Assembly (NCBI GenBank): GCA_002633005.1
Contig: NMRA01000181.1
Span: 69,824-133,823, forward strand
DNA from: Phoronis australis
Taxonomy: Eukaryota > Animalia > Phoronida
Length of the DNA: 64,000 bases
Direction of reading: 5' to 3'
Below, in pieces: positions 1 through 19,978 of this stretch. The position numbers and the translations under genes were made by a program. Position 1 is the first letter of the stretch; each line of letters starts with the position of its first letter. Under the pieces are notes generated by a model. It saw only the letters and a list, made by a program, of their open reading frames with translations, had not been told where the DNA came from and made no database searches.

Positions 1-300
1 ACCAATTATGAATACATTGAAAACGTGATTAATAAAGCAATCCCTCTTAAAAATAACACAGACAGTTTTTAAGGCATTCGAAACTTTCCGAAATTAGTTC
101 CCCATATTTATTGCTTGCCAATATGCGGCTACCCGTCGTAGTTTCATGGATAATTCCCAAAGACTAATGTCTGCGATGTCAAGTGACAGGTAGGTGTAGC
201 GCGCGCTTCCAGGCCAAGTGCTTTTAACAAGCTTTTTAATTGTGAGACAGTCGCCACTGAGCTGAACGAGCACTTGAGTTTTCCCCGTGTAGGCCATACA
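1..300 (+). mobile_element. Fragment of a DNA transposon related to the element at 47010-48410 (truncated by the window start)
   Basis: Aligns by eye to about 47866-48100. For example, gactaatgtc...tgtagcgcgcgcttccaggccaagtgcttttaacaagcttttt (about 161-237) matches gaccaatgtc...tgtagtgcgcgcttcctggccacgtgcttttaacactggccaagcttttt (about 47992-48070). The right boundary is not determined. Confidence 0.65.
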
Positions 301-3300
301 AAGTGTCAAAAAGTAGGTCACACAGTTCAGTGTACATTTTTGAAACATATATAAATACCACCAGTGGAGACAGACTAGAGAAAAACAGTGTTGACTACTG
401 ATATAGAACTCTAGAAACTTGCGTCGAGTTCGGAATTGGTGGTGGAGAACACTGCACGTCTTGTCTAAAATTTAGACACCCTAGCTAGGATGCCCTGTTC
501 AGCATTTGGGCTCCGGCATAAAGCGAACAAGAAAGCATGGGGGCTCAATGTCTTGACAAAAAAACTATTAGAAAGGATAGAAGATAAAAAACCTCTATTG
601 CAAACATCATGTCTCCACACTACATCAAATACCTCATCTTAACAGCAATTTGATTTGGAGGCATGAAATTGCTGTGTCAAGGGCACCCTGATAGATCAAT
701 AAACCCATTTTGAACTGCATATTTTTGAAACCTGAATGAACCCGGGCTAATAGTATTAACACAAAATATGCAAAGAAAAACAGACACTAAATGGATAATT
801 TTCATTTATTTACAAATAATCAAAAATTGCATGCAAAGTTATGCTACCATGAATGCAAAGGGTGTCTTTTTAGCGTTGGTAGCATCAACTGATGAATGAA
901 CTTCAGTCTCCATCAAACACTGCTTCACCAAGACACACATTTATGTGGGTGGCACTGTCCAATCGGCGGTTGCCTCTTCTAACAGTGCTGGTCAGATAAC
1001 ATACTTAGAGCATTGCAAATCACACTTTTCTGAGATATCGTTATCTTGTTTCATGCGTTATTGCTTACACCCATGTCTGCTTCATCTTACATTATAAATA
1101 CTCTTATTATCTTATCACTATTATGATATAAACACTCTACAATTTAGCACAAATGACGAACAAGTGATGTTTTTGTTCTATACAAAAACCCACGTTTGAT
1201 TACAACTCTAAACAGCATTTTCCAAATGGAGGATAGTCCAGATATCAACATAGTACAGTGTTTCGAAGCTCTTTTCTCTGGCGTCAGGACTCACAAACCA
1301 AATACCTGCCACACCTCAAAGAATTAGCAAAACCAGGCACAAAACCCAATGCATCTGTGGCTCAAAATTCATGCAGCATTTCTTCAGGTAAAAACTATCA
1401 TAACTTAAAATTCACAAGGAATTCAATGTCACAAGTCAAACAGAATAAAAATCTAGTTTTCATCCACCATATATCAGCTTATTTTAGCCACTTTTATTGC
1501 TGTTCCATGGCTAATGTGGTAATAAGACCTTAGATCAGATTTCCTGATCAACGGACTTCTTGGCTACAGGAGGAATAAGAAGTCTCAAATTATACAGGCA
1601 TAGAACTCCTTTGACCCTCGGGTAAGAAATCATGTGCCTCATTTTGGAAAGTCAGTCATATTTTCACAGGTCATGTTGAAAACTGTTAAGGTATATGGCC
1701 ATGCAAACACTTCCAATTTCAACTGTTCAAACTACCGGAACTGAGAGGGTATCTTCAAGAAAGGGGATTCTTTTGAGTTCAAATTAACCAGACGAAATCG
1801 TTTTAACCACTAGCTATGCATTTTCTTGTCTTTTATTGATACACCCACGGAAATTTTTCAAGTTTATAAAACTTTCTCCCATCGGAGATTTGTTTCAAGA
1901 ATGCATAGCATGATTTGGTTGAAGGCACTTGCATTATAATTTAAAATACAAACACATTTTGCGAGAAAAGTAACAGAACTACCAGCAGACAGATGAGTAG
2001 ACTCTGAAACAGTTTAGTCATTTTTTAAAATAAAATTCAGACAGTTTAAGTAATTCAAAAGAAAACACTTGTGTTTCAGTTGCCTTCAGGGCAATCTTTA
2101 TATAAGACAGCACGTGTCAAGAACGACTTAAAATATTCTTCAGTGCAAAATGGCCTACACAGTTTAACATCACATAGTTCCTCTAGATAAGTTCCAGACA
2201 CTGCCACAACATTAGGTTTACTAAAAAAAAACGACTAGCCAGTAATATCGTGCACTTTTAGTGGTAAAAAAACCTTGGTATCACAAATCCCTCTTGCCAA
2301 TCACAACAAAAATGTAACATGATACAGCAATGTTCTCGAACACCATAGGACAAGCCAAGTGCACAATTATTTCTCATTAAAATAAATTATGAAACACTTT
2401 TGTCGTCTGCTTCCACATTTTATGTATGTCAGTCAGGGCATTCTGTTCACTGCCAGCGACCTTCCCTTCAAACAACCGACCTGAGTAGTTCTCAGAAATC
2501 TGGAAGACACCACTGCTTGGAAAAAACAGTCACACTCTGGTAACAGTGTTTGGACACCACACACAGTCTTCAACTAAAAAAACTATGACAATATTGCATC
2601 AGGAAAGTTATTTTTGTGAAAATGAACTGATTATCTAATTGTCTCTTGCGTCCCTGGGGTTCATTTAAGAAAGTTAGTGTGAAATGAATATCCAAAGAGG
2701 CATGAAGTAAAAGTAGTGGTGTACACTGACAATTTCTGTAAAGACAAATAAAATGTTCAACTGGCAATCAACCGGTACTTTTCTGTCTCACTCGTACTCG
2801 AACTCATTCCCTGCCTCATGAGCACTCTTAAGGCCCTTTCATACTAACGTCGACACGTCTATGTTTTGGGGAGTTGCGGTCAATATAAATGGTAACTTCG
2901 GTCCTGGATTGAAGTTAACAGGGCAGTAATGTGGTATGAAAAGTCAACTGCGGTCCCATCAAAGTCCATGGCCAGGAGCCAGTATTATCGTAAATGACTG
3001 AATGGCAGTAGTATCACAGCTAAAAGTTGCTTATAGGGTATTTTGCTTGAATAATAACCAGTTGAATTAGAAATAAGTTTTATGTCAATTAGCACATAAA
3101 TGTTCTGAAATTGTCACATTGAAAAAATCTTAGCGTGCACGCGATGCATCAGTGCTACCTTACGATTACTTCAATGACAACAGCGTGACCTACTGTTTAC
3201 CCCGATGTCTGTTTACTATTGAAGCGGGTATAAATGGTTCAGTTAACTCTGCAGTTTACGTCGATACTCCGACACTCCGCTTAGATCGGAGTTAAATGAA

Positions 3301-6300
3301 GTATAAAAGGACCCTTTGAAAGCTAAGCAGTTAATGATCATATTTTCAACAATTAGCCAATAGTCCCAAGAGGGTATATATGGCAGCCAGTCATAAACAA
3401 TGACCAATGACAGAAAATTATAAAACAGTAATGAGATCACACGAAGCAGGTGGTGTAATAAATTATTTGACATGCGTATAATGTCCCTTGCCACATCTTG
3501 CAATAGACCATTTATGAGAAGAAAAACATGATTTTTGGCTCTGACATCACCTGTCCACACACTGCTAATCGTACACCATGGGTGTCCCACATGGCGTGGT
3601 TTATAAGACCACAAGTAGGTTTACCACTATTATAATAGCTGTTATGCAAGATGTTTTGGCCTACCACACTGCTTTTGTTCAACAGACAGCCCCCCAAGTG
3701 GTAAAAGACAACAAATTGCTATGGTAAATTTGACAAAAATGGCCTAGCTTGGTGGCTTTTATGTAAGTGATGTCTTAGAATACATATCTTGCTAAATCAT
3801 TGTAAGTGTGAATAAAACTTGATATATAAGTGTATTTATTCATGTATTAGTATAGTTCCGTAACAGCCCTTTGTTAACACAAACTTCGTTGAAAACACGA
3901 CTAAGCTTTACATTTGAAAGCTTGATACAGAGTTGCTTGTAGTGTCGAAACATTCTCCGTTCTTCAGGTGTGCAGCTGTGTAGCAAAACAACAAGAGACA
4001 TAACAAACAAACAAACAAACAAACAAAAACACTAGCTATATTTCGAGAATGTACGTCTCCTCATGTATGTACGTGTATGTACGTCTATGTGTGTGTATGT
4101 ATGAACTCACACTGCAAAGGAGAATAAGCAGCTATTTCTTGAAACAGGAACAAGATTACTGGTTTAAATTCATAAAGAGATGACCAAAAAAGAAACAAAG
4201 TCTGAACCAAAATAAATCTATCGTTCATTATATTGGCAAGAAGATTACTCGTATTTCCACTTCCTTGATGTTTATGAGTTTCCACAAGTGTTGTACAATA
4301 AATTTTTCGTTCTTAAGAACTTGAGTTATTTTGTTTGCCATTCGTATGCAGACAAAGCCCATCACAGCTCATACACTCACTATCACAGCAAGGTGTAGCC
4401 AAACAGTAGCCACAGACCCAGAGTCAGATCCACGAGAACTGGATTTAACTCTCACTGGTGAAATGTGATGAGTACATTTCAAATGTTTTGAGACACTGTG
4501 TCTTCAGCTTGAAAATAAGTACCATATGTTGTTTGTAGGTAATTAGATACAACAGTTGTCTGAACTAAACATTTTCACAACAAATCATTTTAGATTTGTA
4601 GCATGCATAATTCGTTTGCCAAACTGTTTGATGAAGGAGATTACAAAAATGGGTCCAACCTAGTTCATTCGCCTTACACTGCACGTTTTTTATAAAAAAA
4701 TAATTACAAAGCACACATGAGCTGTGGGCGATACTGGCTTAATACAGAGTATTTGCTAATCTTTGAGTTTATGATATTTAGGTATTAGGCATAATTAAAA
4801 TACACTTAAGCTCTTATTTGCATGGAGATTTAGATAACCACAACAACATTTAGGTTCACAAATGAAACTGTATATGTAGTGACACCTATTGAAAGGTTAT
4901 AGAACTAAACAGGTTTGCTGTTGTTTCAACAAAGCCAACCAGGCTCAACATAAATCATTGGAATTTCTCTTTGTTACTAACATATTCCCAAGTTGATATT
5001 CCTGAGGTTACTTAAGTAAAAATATAATTTAAGACTTACGCTTTTAATTCAATTTCTTATTTGCAACAGGAGTTAAATGATAGAAGTCCCCGTGTTTACA
5101 CCAAAAAATAACTTAGTAAACATTTAAATTTTTATTTCAGTCTGTATTAAATGATATGTTTTTACTCACCCTGCATGTTTTGAGCTTGCCAAATTCAATC
5201 AACATTAATGATGTCCACCCAATACTCCACAATGCTTCAAATTAGTCATGCCATTGGCTCAAACCTTCAATAAATTTACAGTTACAAACACTTAAAACAG
5301 TGAGGGAATGAAAACATTTCAAATAATACTACTGTACAGGTTCAAACAAGTTCTATATGGAAATTTATATTACATCATAGGTTGTTTGAACATTAGAACA
5401 TAAAATTTGGCCAGTTTAATATTCATGTAACAATGGATGGTACATGCAATAGAAACTGGATCTACCACTAGAAGTTTGATATAAAGGGCACCCTATCACT
5501 GATGAGTTTATAAAATTAAACTTAAAAATTGACATTCCTTTGAAATTGGTAAGTTTTTATGATTTGAACTAAAGTCTTCAGCTTCATGTTTTGAAGCAAT
5601 CCCATATTTCTTCTTTTTAGTGACTATTCAGAAAATAACCAAATTAAGACTGGGTTTGTGTCCCATTTTCTGGTGCAAAGGAAACCCCCTCAGCATCATT
5701 CAGGCCTCATTGAACAGATAATGTCTCTGACTCCCAATCAGAAAGCAGTACTCCGTTTGTTGAATTTCATTGCAACATGACGGTTTTCACGTACTACGTT
5801 TTTCAAATTTGAAAAGCGCTACCTTAACTGTTGTTTTGACACATACCTAGATTATAACATAATCATCCTGTTCTGTTCAAGATTCCTTCACAAGAATTCA
5901 CAATCCTAGCTTTAAGAAATCTTGTTGTTACGAAAAGGCCACTTCCAAAAAAATGACTTATTTGTCTGTTAGCACTTCCATCAATAGAAACTATCGAAGA
6001 CTACTCTTGTGTCCAAAATATCACATAAGAAAAACAATGTCACTAAATTAACTTTTTGAAGACTTTCTAAAATCACGACTTTATGGCAGATGTGCTGTTG
6101 ACAAAATGGTATGGAAAATAAGACACCAGTCTAGAGCATGCATACAATGAAGACTTCTTTCATCAACTTACTAATTCTGTGATCGTTAGCACTCGTTCAC
6201 TGGTTCAGTTTAGCCTTGCAACTACCACAATAACTAGTGCTGTTTAAGAGAGATCATGCATTGACGACCCTAAGAACTGGCATGAAATACTAACAATAAA

Positions 6301-7132
6301 CTACCTAATTTGCAAAGATCCTCATTACAAGAACCCTCCATTTGGTTTCACCTTCCGGACAACCGCAAGCATTTTAATAATGCTAAATCCAAAAATCAAT
6401 CTAGTCCATGCTCCCATGCTATTTTGTCCTGCATCATAACTTGCAGGGGATACCTACCATGGTTCAAAGAGTTGCTAACATCATTCATCAATGTGTACCA
6501 CAAAACCAAACCTAACGCATCTATTCAGGCTAATTTTTACGATATGTCTTATAATATAATTGTCATAACATTTTACAAGAAATTCAACTTCAAAAGCCAA
6601 ACTCTTTGAAAAGTCACCAGTTGTAGTCCACATTATTATCAATTTATTTCAACCAGTTTTTTATTACAGTGAGTGTGAAATCATCACTAATGCCGTGCTC
6701 TACTCCAGATAATAGAAAAAAACAAAAAAATAGTGCAGGTGGCCTGATGTCGTTTGCGGTGCAAAAGTCAGCCAAGCCAGAATTTGCAAATCAGAATTAC
6801 CATTAGTACACTATCATCCAGAAGCAGATTATGCACCTTTCAAAGGTACCAGAGTACATGAGACACGAAGAGGTCGACAGGTCACCAACATCACATTTTT
6901 CGTTTGACAACCTGGTACAGATCTATAGTTGCCACGCACTCATCTGGCATGAAACCTAACACACTAATTTTTGTATAAAATGATAAGTAGCAATTCTAAT
7001 AGAAAAGAACTCAAGGCAAACTTTGTGGAAGATCATCTATAGATTGAAGTTTAAGTCAATGAAATTTGAAAAAATTAATGGATTAATCAAAATTAATATA
7101 ACTTTTGATGGGTTCATCCTTATATTTTGGGC

Positions 7133-9031
7133 TTACTTAGAGTCAGAGAGGGTAACTTCGTCCAATGATGGCTTAGAATTTTGCGGACCAATGTAATATT
7201 CATCAGTGTCATATTCACAAACAACAAGCCTTTTGAAATCGCCATGCCAGGGAAAGTTGAGTTCTTTGTAAACCCTGCTCTTGTAAAACTCTCCCAATTC
7301 AAAGCACCCAAACATTTGTGTGCACAATCAGTTATGCTAGTGCAAAAGTCAGCACTTGCAAGTGTGAAGTCCAAAAATACAAGCAAACAGTTTAGATCAT
7401 TTTTCAAGTGCACAAACAATAACATGAGCACACAAATGCTTGAAAAATGATCAAAACGCTCAAATCTGTAGGCTGGCAAACTCACATGACACTCGTTGGG
7501 GACGTTGAGCACTTACCCCTACATCAATGATTAGCAACCTGTAACAAAAGAATCAAATAGTTACAAAATATCAAATTAATATTCATCGTCAATTACATTT
7601 TGAAAAGTAATACTTGACATAATTGAACACAATCAAAAAGAAATATAAGAAAAACAGATGCACTTACGGGTTTGTTGTCTTCTTGTCAAAATATTGTTGA
7701 ACCACACTTGGGAAGTCGTGTTTATCAACTTAGTTTACTACCCGAGATCTATGAGTCTATGGAACAGGCCATACGATAATTCAATGGGCATTTTGATTGC
7801 AAACAATTTAGCATGACAAGTACAGGGTTTGTCTGCCAAGCAATTTTTAATACATGTGGCCAAGTAAATTGCACTGGTAATAGATGGGATTGACTTGAAC
7901 AGGTAATTCCAAGAGGAAAGATGCAGACGATAAAGTTAAAGGGCGAATAGTTGACAATTGCTGTTCAAAGTCCAAATTTTGCGTTCGGGTTTTCAGTAGG
8001 CAGTGCGTCAAACGAAATCTGAGGTCGCCCAATCGAGTGCTGCTACTTTTTCATCAAAAACTTACCCGATGAGGACCACCCAAGTAGCCTCACTGTTAGT
8101 GGCAGTCAGGCGTAACTTTCTACTGAAAGTCACGTGGCGTAACCATGTGTGCTATGTCGGGCTCAAGCCAATCGTAAATTATACGATTTTCTTACAGACA
8201 CTTAAGTATGAATGTAATGATTCTTTAAGAGTCTGGACAAGTGTAAAAGGCAACGAACACTTCACTCTGTCTTCAGACAGTAGTTGTCCACCGGTGTATT
8301 CACTGAGGTCCGAGTCAACTGATCTCACCGCCGACAAGGTTGCCCAGCGGATCTCTTCAATCTGCAGTAACCACAGGCTTTGTCCATAACATCTTCACTT
8401 CAGTCACGCTCAGTATGCTAAATCTGTAACCACTGTCGGGAGAAACCTTGTTTCTAAAGCAAAATACGACAGCATGACAACTGCAAATAGCCGTCGTAAA
8501 GACCAACACGTGCCAATGCTGATGCTTTTAAAAAAGCAAATTTCATCTATATCCAATAGGTGGCGATGTAGTTGGAATGTAGCAGACGAGGACTGAAATA
8601 GCGTACGTACACTCCCGGGGAAGACATCATTTATGGAAACTAAAACCGTTTCCGGAGATCATAACAGAGGACAGCAGACAAAAACCGAGCAGGTTAGGCA
8701 TGCGTACCTTGAAAAAGAGCTTCTTATAAGATTTCCATCAAATTTTGTTGGACAAAACTGCCTGATCTAGGCGGGCCTTCGTTGTGTCAGTGACAGGGTA
8801 TTCAAATCCAGACAAAAATCAAATAATTCATAATTTGGAACACGTCCATTTCAGCGAACAAACATCATTCAAGAATCCATTCAGAAAACTGTTGAGTCCA
8901 TCTGCGGCGTTTTCCAGTCCAGTACGAATGAAGACTTCCGGAAAGGCTGCCTCAAGCTTCTCCAGGTTTACTCTTAGTCTTACGCTACTTTTAAAGAGAC
9001 TCGGTAACCACATATCCAGAAAAAATGCCAT
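7133..9031 (-). pseudogene. Possible decayed multi-exon gene or transposon coding remnant, family unknown
   Basis: Short ORFs (8828-9031 from ATG; 7133-7327), minus-strand GTAAGT/GTACGC donors near 7516, 7667, 8065 and 8707, and coding-like composition. In-frame stops occur at about random frequency and I recognise no domain. Confidence 0.2.
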
Positions 9032-10359
9032 TTTTAGGGTATGAACAACGGCAATCGAAAAATATGAAAAAAATTGCCATAGCTTTGTAAATCACAAAAT
9101 CATTGACAGGCCGCCAGGATTCCGAACGAAACTTTGAGAAAACCCTACGTAATTTATGAACTAGTACGAAACGCCATTTTTACGGATTGTTTTGCTTTTG
9201 CATCGACATTTTAAAACCGATTTATTGCTACATATAAATTATGAAAAGTCGTTTCAATGAGCTATTAAAGCCCCTTTCAATCACATGTCTGTTTGAGTTC
9301 AGTTACTCAGTTACAATCATGAAATTGGTTTCAAATTGTTCCTTAGACAAAGTAGGTATGTGGTTTTTATTCGCCGACCATGATCTCAACTGAGCCAGAC
9401 TGCCAGTTCTTTGAAAGAACAAAAACCAATCCAATGTTTGAATAGGAGCAGGGTAAGATCACTTTTTAATGGCAAGTGGTCTAAATCCGTCAAAAGGTAT
9501 TTTCTTGGACGGAAGGCGGGTTTATAGTCACGTAAACAGGGAAAAGAAGTTCTGTCTAACGCGTAGTTTCAAATACTTCACGAGTGAAGTGTCCGTGTGT
9601 TAGTGTTTTGATTTGTGTCATAGATTCTGTGCATACGGTCTCTGGTTCAATAAACAATTAAAATGAGTTGGACAGTGTTCACAAATCAAGTTTGCATCAA
9701 TATCAAGCACACATTTTTAAGTCTTCTTCGTAAATAATGGGAATCTCTGGCCATGCATTTTAAAGGAGATTGTCACCCGATTTAATTAGTCTTTTTTACC
9801 GTCTTAATCGGTCTATATCCACAGTAGCCTCTTGTACGGTCCACCTCACCTTGCCGAGAGGTGTCGCGTTAACCTGTGAGGAAAGTGAGAAACGACGCAG
9901 CGACGTCAGTGGTTCGCCTGCAGAGTGAAAACCGCTATATTGCGGTGCATCGTTCCCGCTTTCCGGAGCTATGAAGCTGCGAAGAAAGCGAATATATATA
10001 TATATTTTTTTTACTTTCTCGAGAGCCCAAAATGCTTATGAAGTGGCTCGCGGTAGTGAAGAATGAAAGGTACGCAGTTAATAGCAAAATGAGGCCGTGA
10101 AGCACAGATCTCTGTCCGTGGCCGGCATTTCGTCGACAGTGATTTCTCGGACGAGGAATTCCGGCTTACCGTTGCCTGGGCATGTTCACGGCGCTTCTCT
10201 AGTATTTCTTGATCAGTGTATTCCGTTTCGAACTGATAGCCTGTGAAACTTAACGATCCGACCCGTGAAGTCTTCGTCAGATGAGCTCTTGACCAAGTCA
10301 GGATTGGCGCCGGGCGAGTTGCCATGTACACGTTTATTATTCTGCATTCTCACGGGTGA

Positions 10360-10522
10360 GAAACAACATGACCGCCGGTCCTCTAAATCTGACTGACTCA
10401 CCCAAAACAGGACCTCCGGGGATCAAATGGGACCGTCGCACCAGAAAATGGGACTGACGCACCTAAAAACATGACCGCCCCACCAGAAAACAGGACCGCC
10501 GGGGACTGAACATGACCGCCGG
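10360..10522. repeat. Array of about 7 degenerate ~21-bp units (aaaacaYgaccgcc... type), typical of a DNA-transposon subterminal region; ends at an N
   Basis: Units include acatgaccgccgg, aaacaggacctccgg, aaatgggaccgtcgc, aaatgggactgacgc, aaacatgaccgcccc, aaacaggaccgccgg and aacatgaccgccgg. N at 10523. Confidence 0.6.
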
Positions 10523-11696
10523 NCATGCTAATTCAGTGTTTGCTGACAGAAAACTTGTGAGGCAATTACTCGATTTTATATGCTATGGTCACATGTTAGG
10601 GGAATCTTTTTTTAAAAATACAAATACATTATTCTGAATGTCTGAGGAATTGGCACCCGACGTCGCGGCCCCTGACAAGTAAGTGGACTTTCAGTTTCGT
10701 TGCTAATTCACATAAATAATTACGTGCACATTATTTCTTTGGCTCACTATTATAGTCTTTTCGTGACTGGAGGTTTAGTTTCCAACTCAAGTTGGTTTAC
10801 GTTCGTGCCAGTCCCGGCGTCTGCGACGGGCCTGATCGGGTTCCGAGCCACTGGCGGGGATAACAAGCGTTTTTTTTGTGTTTAGAACTCAAAAAAATCA
10901 CGAGTTTAAACAACACAGGTGTATGCTCCCCAGTCTGTATTTCACTGAAGAATATTCACTTCGAATTTACCTCCGAACAGACCCCAAACTCCTGCTACGG
11001 ACCTTAGTAAATTGGCCTGCCGAACTTTCTAGGCTACGGTGTGTCCAAATACCCATAAATCCGTAACAGCGAAATAAAGCAACACGTTTTTATAAGAGCT
11101 TGGTGTATTTTTAAGGGTTTTACATCGATGTTTGATTATTTATTGGTGTTAAACGATGAATTCAAGCGTAAGCTGACACCAGTAACCCGTGTTGTGAACT
11201 GCTGAACAGACACCTCCGTCTGCCGTCAGGTGTCAGGTAACGCAACGTGCTGTTATCGAGTAGAACTACTCGATCTAAATTGATACAAAATAGGTTGTTT
11301 TTTGGGTGGCATTCTCCTTTACGGTTATGTTATGTTTTCTGAAACAAGTAGAAATTCCGTAAACTTTTATTTTTGACTATATCAATATGTCGCTATTTAG
11401 GTCACGTGACCTTGCTTTTTAAGGAAACTTTAGGAGAGAAAAAGGCATATTCATGGCAAAAAAACAGGATAAATAACATGTTCAAATTTCGTAGATATTA
11501 ATGTTCAAACTAGTTTTCTAAATCATTGTTTTGTTTTCGTTCCATGTCTGTTTAAAATACAATTGTGAAATGCCTTAATCAGTAGACCCACGTCGTATTT
11601 GCAGGTTTCATAATTTTTCAAAGAAAATTTAGACTAATCCGTACTTTCATTTTGACTGAAGGGTCAATACCAAATACATTTTGTTACACATTTCAG

Positions 11697-13402
11697 GCTG
11701 AAGGGAAGACAGATTTACGAAAAAAGATGTCTAGGCGTCTATGGCAAATATCGTCTGCTGCATTTGGAATTAATGATCCTAAGGTAGGTTTACATGGTTG
11801 ATTTATGCTCGCGTCATTTCCCCAATGGCTACTCCTCATTCACTTAGCCAGTACAGCCAAAGTACAATTCAATCGTACAGATGAGGATAACCAGGTAACA
11901 GATTTAGCTCTCGATGGCTACTTCCGGATACAAACCTGCGCTCCGTAGAGCAAGTTTCTTGCCAAAAAATCAGTATCACGAAAGTCTTCGCGAAATATCT
12001 TCAGAATTAGACTTGGTGGGTTAGTTTTCAAGGGGCCTATACTTTGTGACAGTGTGGATGGAAATGAATGATTAAGCGCAGTAACTAATTTATTATGTAA
12101 CAACCCCTAAATAACACACACTAGATTTGTTTGGTGGCACTCAATAGTTTTTGCGTCACGGTTGAATTTACCTGCCCCAATTCCTTTCAACATGGGCGCT
12201 TGCTGTGTTGGACGAATGACTTTTTTTAAAAATTGCCTGAATCCACTAACATATGAAAACAATTCCGATAGAAAGGACCCGCCACATTTTGTAGTAAGTT
12301 GACTAATACCCCTTTAAATAGACAACATGAAGTCCTTAAATACAGTACAATGGTTCATGTGCGCTGAATGAATATGCCCATTTACAGTCTGACGACCGCG
12401 TTCCAACAACTGCAATAGTACGGGACGAGATTAGTATGTATCAAGACGACGTGGGTGGAATAGAAAACATGGAGAACACCGAGGGTTTACACTACGTTGC
12501 AAAGTCATTACGTGATTCTCAAATGGAACAAAATGTAAGAATTCCAGAGGAGCAGGTAAGCAAAAATAATTGCGCTTTCTTTTCACTAGACAGAGCTATT
12601 AAATGAACACTGCAAACTAAATTCTACGTTATATGAATTCAGGGTACCCGAACAACACGGCTCGTGTACTAATAAACATAGCTCCGCATACTGCTCACGG
12701 ACGTGTAAACTGATTTCACTGACTCACGAACAGGGACCCACACTCACACAAAACACAGTATACTCACCCTAAAACCCAGCTCTTGGACAGCAAGCACGGC
12801 TCTGGCACCTGTAAACACGCACACGATTCTTAGTCACCTGAGTCAGTGAGTCCTGGTTTTGGGTCTTCAAGTCGTATTTCATGAATGCCGCATAGTGAGT
12901 TAAGTTTACAGGTCCTCGAGCGGAGTTCACTAGTGCGTGAGCCCTGTTTTCATCAAGTATGTATTTGGAAATAAATTAAAGTTTTGCATATTGACAAAAC
13001 TGAACGACCTCTGAGAGTGGCAAAATTTGTGTCTGAAATAAAGTGATTTAATTCATAACATTTATGCCATATAATTTAGTAATATGAATAAAATTCCTTG
13101 AAATTCAAATTCTACGAATGACGTAATTAACCCATCAAATCCCAAGAAAGATATTTGACATGTTAGTGTCACACGGCTTATGTCCCAAGGGGACTAGTTT
13201 ACCCAGTGTTAGAAAGGAGTTTGCTCTGAGCTTTGACGTTTGGTCGTAATGTACCCCTCACCGTCCTCAACGTTGATGTGCTTTGTGACTTTTTGCTATA
13301 GTTGTCTGTGTAAAATGCGCTTAAAGGTACTCTTTCTTTTAGATTCACTTATTTAGAACACAGGATGAATTTGATCAGTCGAAAAATATAAACATTTCAT
13401 AA
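11697..13402 (+). CDS. Putative small spliced orphan gene (about 95-105 aa, acidic)
   Basis: Three phase-0 open exons with canonical sites: 11697-11783 (tttcag|AEGKTDLRKKMSRRLWQISSAAFGINDPK|gtaggt), 12388-12555 (ttacag|SDDRVPTT...RIPEEQ|gtaagc) and 13343-13402 (ttttag|IHLFRTQDEFDQSKNINIS*). An alternative first coding exon is 11805-11894 (MLASFPQWLLLIHLASTAKVQFNRTDEDNQ|gtaaca). No homology recognised. Confidence 0.35.
12654..12948. mobile_element. MITE-like element with degenerate long terminal inverted repeats
   Basis: Left end aacacggctcgtgtactaataaac...ggacgtgtaaactgatttcact matches the reverse complement of the right end, aacagggctcacgcactagtgaac...ggacctgtaaacttaactcact. Confidence 0.6.
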
Positions 13403-13996
13403 CTTTCAACCCTTTCTGTGTTTGCCTTATTTATTAAATTTTTTCAAAAGTGATTGAGGTTTCCGCGGAAAGCTCATAACATTTTGTGCCAATTGAGTGA
13501 GTACACATATTGTGTGAGTCATCTGTCACTCACAAGGGCGGCCAGTTTAGGTGGTGGTGCACCACCAAAATAAATTTAAACTAAATATTTCGTATTAAAT
13601 TCAGTTAAGTTTTAAAAAGATATAAGGTGCTGAATGAGCATTGTTTGGGTTTACCTTTCGACCGAACTAATGTGCTTTAAAATCCGTTTGATGAGGTTCA
13701 GTTGTTAAGTTATTCAGACACACCTGTACAACTAGCGAACAATGGGAAAACACCTGCGCCAAAAGTTTTGCTTGGAAATCTGTGTTTTATACTATTAGGC
13801 AAGATTATACTACTTTTAATTGTTTTTAGGCTATTGGGGAAGATTGGTTCAACAAAATACTGGAAGAAGACTTTGAGTTCGAGTGTGAATCTGAAATTGT
13901 GTAATGCCTATTTAAATATACCAGACCACTGATGTTTAATTTTTAATATTTGAAAATTATTCATATTCAAACCAACTGTTGCTATATACAAATCAA

Positions 13997-14002
13997 TTTA
14001 TT
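13997..14002 (-). terminator. Probable polyadenylation signal (AATAAA) of cathepsin L copy 1
   Basis: tttatt on the plus strand, about 155 nt past the TAA at 14157. Confidence 0.55.
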
Positions 14003-14156
14003 GAAAAATAAATAATATATGGTAACAAGGAAAGTGTCGTTTAACAAGCCCTAATTACACTGATGGCAAATCAAGATGAGTGTCATAGACTCCCGCGGAC
14101 CGCCGGCTGCGCTCATCTGTTCCATTCGAAGAAAGTAGATTTGAAATGCTCTTTGT

Positions 14157-19978
<5,822 letters not shown>

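Noticed and set aside
3243-3697. Overlapping 123-aa and 61-aa minus-strand ORFs as a gene
   Set aside because: Non-ATG starts, no recognisable domain and no consistent splice structure.
8700-9031. Three in-frame TGA codons as selenocysteine or an alternative genetic code
   Set aside because: Adjacent segments also have TAA/TAG stops, stop density is near random, and no SECIS or selenoprotein motif was seen.
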